The translations under genes and the position numbers were made by a program. DNA of 20,000 nucleotides from Actinobacteria bacterium UBA7524 (GTDB lineage Bacteria; Actinomycetota; Coriobacteriia; Anaerosomatales; UBA912), in NCBI GenBank assembly GCA_002478275.1, contig DLMY01000036.1, positions 50,210 through 70,209 of the forward strand, written 5' to 3'. The notes under the pieces were generated by a model. That model was not told where the DNA came from. It saw nothing but the letters and a program-made list of their open reading frames with translations, and made no database searches. Each line of letters opens with the position of its first letter. Positions within the stretch are counted from its first letter, which is position 1. This document shows positions 17,808 through 20,000 of this stretch, one piece after another.

Positions 17808-19892
17808 TCACTGACTCCGTTCGCCCCTCACGCGATCGGTACCGGGCTGCATCAGCTTGACGAGTTCCTCCACGACATGCGGGTCGAACTGCGTGCCCGC
17901 GTATCTTTCCATCTCCTGAAGCGCCTGCCCTACAGTCAGAGCAGGTCTGTACGGGCGTTTGGACGTCATCGCGACGAAGGCGTCGGCGACCGACAGTATC
18001 CGAGCGGCGACAGGGATCTCGTCTCCTGAGGCGCCGCTCACGTATCCGCTCCCGTCGTAGTGCTCGTGATGGTGGTACACGATNNNNNNNNNNNNNNNNN
18101 NNNNNNNNNNNNNNNNNNNNNNNNNNNNNNNNNNNNNNNNNNNNNNNNNNNNNNNNNNNNNNNNNNNNNNNNNNNNNNNNNNNNNNNNNNNNNNNNNNNN
18201 NNNNNNNNNNNNNNNNNNNNNNNNNNNNNNNNTGCTCGTGATGGTGGTACACGATCGGTACCGCGTCTTTGAGCGCGGGCGCGTTCTTGAGGATGTCGGC
18301 AGCGATCACCGGGTGCATCTTGAGGAGTCCGCGCTCCACCGTCGAGAGCGTCCTGCGTTCGTGACCCGCGTTGTGAAGCGCCGCGCTCATGCCGATGTCG
18401 TGAAGCATCGACGCTATCTCCAACGCCTGTTGCTCGTCGGCGGACAACCCGCACGCCTTGCCGAGGGATGAGGCCAACTCCATCACCCNNNNNNNNNNNN
18501 NNNNNNNNNNNNNNNNNNNNNNNNNNNNNNNNNNNNNNNNNNNNNNNNNNNNNNNNNNNNNNNNNNNNNNNNNNNNNNNNNNNNNNNNNNNNNNNNNNNN
18601 NNNNNNNNNNNNNNNNNNNNNNNNNNNNNNNNNNNNNNNNNNNNNNNNNNNNNNNNNNNNNNNNNNNNNNNNNNNNNNNNNTACGGGTCCTTGGTCTCGA
18701 GCGCCAAAGCCAGCGCTTTGAGCGAATCGAAGTAGATCGAGGTCGCCGAGGAAACCGCGCAGGCGGTTCGCCACGTAACGGTAGCCTGGCGTGCGAGCAT
18801 GGCGAGCGTCTCGCGATGCGCTTCCGTGAACCGTGCCGGTTGAACCCGACTGCCCACGTTGAGCACGCCGATAAGTCCCTCATCGTCTACCATCGGCACC
18901 GACAACGCGGAACGGATACCATGCCGCTGACCGCGGCGCTCGGGTGACTCCATGTCCTCCACAAGCAGCGGCTGACCGGTCGCGGCGACCCACCCGGCGA
19001 TGCCCTCTCCCACTGCGACGTCCGTACTTTCGATGACGCGTCTCGGAAGTCCCCTCGCAGTCGCGATCCTAAGACGTCCGGTGGCTTCGTCCAACAGCAG
19101 GACGCTGCCTGTGGCGGCGCTCACGAGACTCATAGCGCGGTCGAGAGCCGCTTCGAGGACGGCGTCGGGTTCGAGCGTCTTGGAGATCTCCCGGGTCATA
19201 TCGAACAAGGTCTTCGCGGCTTCATCGCGCGAGGCGGCCACATACATGGCAAGCGCCGCCATCAACGGCATCCTGAACCAGGCCGCCATTCTGTTGAGCT
19301 TGTCGGAATCGGGTGCCTCGTCGGCGCTGAGGTCAAGCGACACCGCCCCCCTGATGCTACCAGATCCCAGCGGGACGACGTATCGCCAGTGGGTCGAGGA
19401 GTTCGTCGGGGTCGACGTCCGGGAACGCATACGCAGCACGGCGTTTCCTTCGTCGATCGCCTGAGCGACATCCGCTGAATCGATGTCCCCGGACGTAGAG
19501 GAAAGAGCGACGGATCCGGCCGAGGAGACCAGGCGCGGTTGTCCGGCGGCGTCATCCCAGATCCAGAGGTGCGCGCCCACGGGAGAGGCGATGGACTTCA
19601 CGCTCTCGCAGAATGCCCTGAGAATCGACCTGGCATCCAGAGTGTCCGGGAGTGCCGGGCAAGGACGCACCTCGGGTGTGGGCGTCTCGCCCGCGGGGGG
19701 ATCCGCATCGACAGCGGCTTCGGCGGCAGAAGTACCTTCAGGGCGCTGCCGTAGACGTGTCAGATATCCAATGACCGCGACGATACCGAATCCGGCTCCG
19801 GCGTACGCGAAGAAGGACCCTCCCCCCATGAAGGCGAAGGCCCAGGACAGCGCGGCAAGCGCGCATGACACGGCTAGCACATACAGATTCAT
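17808..19892 (-). CDS. membrane-anchored GAF + HD-GYP domain protein (putative cyclic dinucleotide phosphodiesterase or receptor); two gaps
   Basis: Two N-terminal hydrophobic helices, Pro-rich linker, GAF domain (GEGIAGWVA, SALSVPM, IGVLNV), then LETKDP[Y]...LHDIG...KMHP...HHHEHYDGSGYV...ADAFVAMTSKRPYR. Start is ATG 19892 or GTG 19943. Confidence 0.88.
18061..18681. other. two scaffold gaps in the HD-GYP gene (149 N with 23-nt duplication; 193 N without overlap)
   Basis: tgctcgtgatggtggtacacgat is duplicated. The second gap (18489-18681) lies between ETKDP[Y] and [R]VMEL. Confidence 0.93.
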
Positions 19893-20000
19893 GCGTGCCC
19901 CGGTACCGTGAACCACCCAGACTTCATCGAGATGACTATACACCGGTCTGTCGAATTGACACAGGCGGAGAGTCTTATGAGCGCGTAAGGTTTCGGGGGG

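Noticed and set aside
13212..18255. 20-23 nt direct repeats as a CRISPR array or IS target-site duplications
   Set aside because: Each pair is a different sequence, all are ordinary coding sequence, and there are no cas or transposase genes.
17416..18774. 452-aa minus-strand ORF overlapping rpmB
   Set aside because: Chimeric read-through of N gaps; only the middle segment is real HD-GYP sequence.
19957..19985. Plus-strand TTGACA near the right edge as a promoter
   Set aside because: No -10 at 16-18 nt spacing, and the downstream context is outside the window.

Overview
High-GC bacterial housekeeping region. The L28/L32 sequences and the Firmicutes-like gene order suggest an anaerobic Coriobacteriia-type actinobacterium, but this is inference. 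Most of the window is one long minus-strand gene run, in transcription order: Asp23/YloU - fakA (DAK2) - fakB (DegV) - recG - rsmD - coaD - SepIVA-like coiled coil - yceD (DUF177) - rpmF - [fused ADP-forming acyl-CoA synthetase + stand-alone BioD-like/DRTGG protein] - plsX - fabH - fabK - fabD - fabG - acpP - a second FabK-family flavoprotein. That last gene has a four-Cys motif, looks FabX/UfaA-like, is missing from the ORF track and runs off the left edge. rpmB is divergent, and a membrane-anchored GAF/HD-GYP gene converges on it. Seven N gaps split recG, fakB, fakA and the HD-GYP gene. Six are flanked by exact 20-23 nt duplications, and collapsing them restores intact reading frames, so these genes are not pseudogenes. 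The best leads are (i) the ACD + DRTGG pair embedded between rpmF and plsX, (ii) the FabX-like putative Fe-S flavoprotein in the FASII operon and (iii) the HD-GYP domain with substitutions at conserved positions. No mobile element, CRISPR array, tRNA or rRNA was seen.
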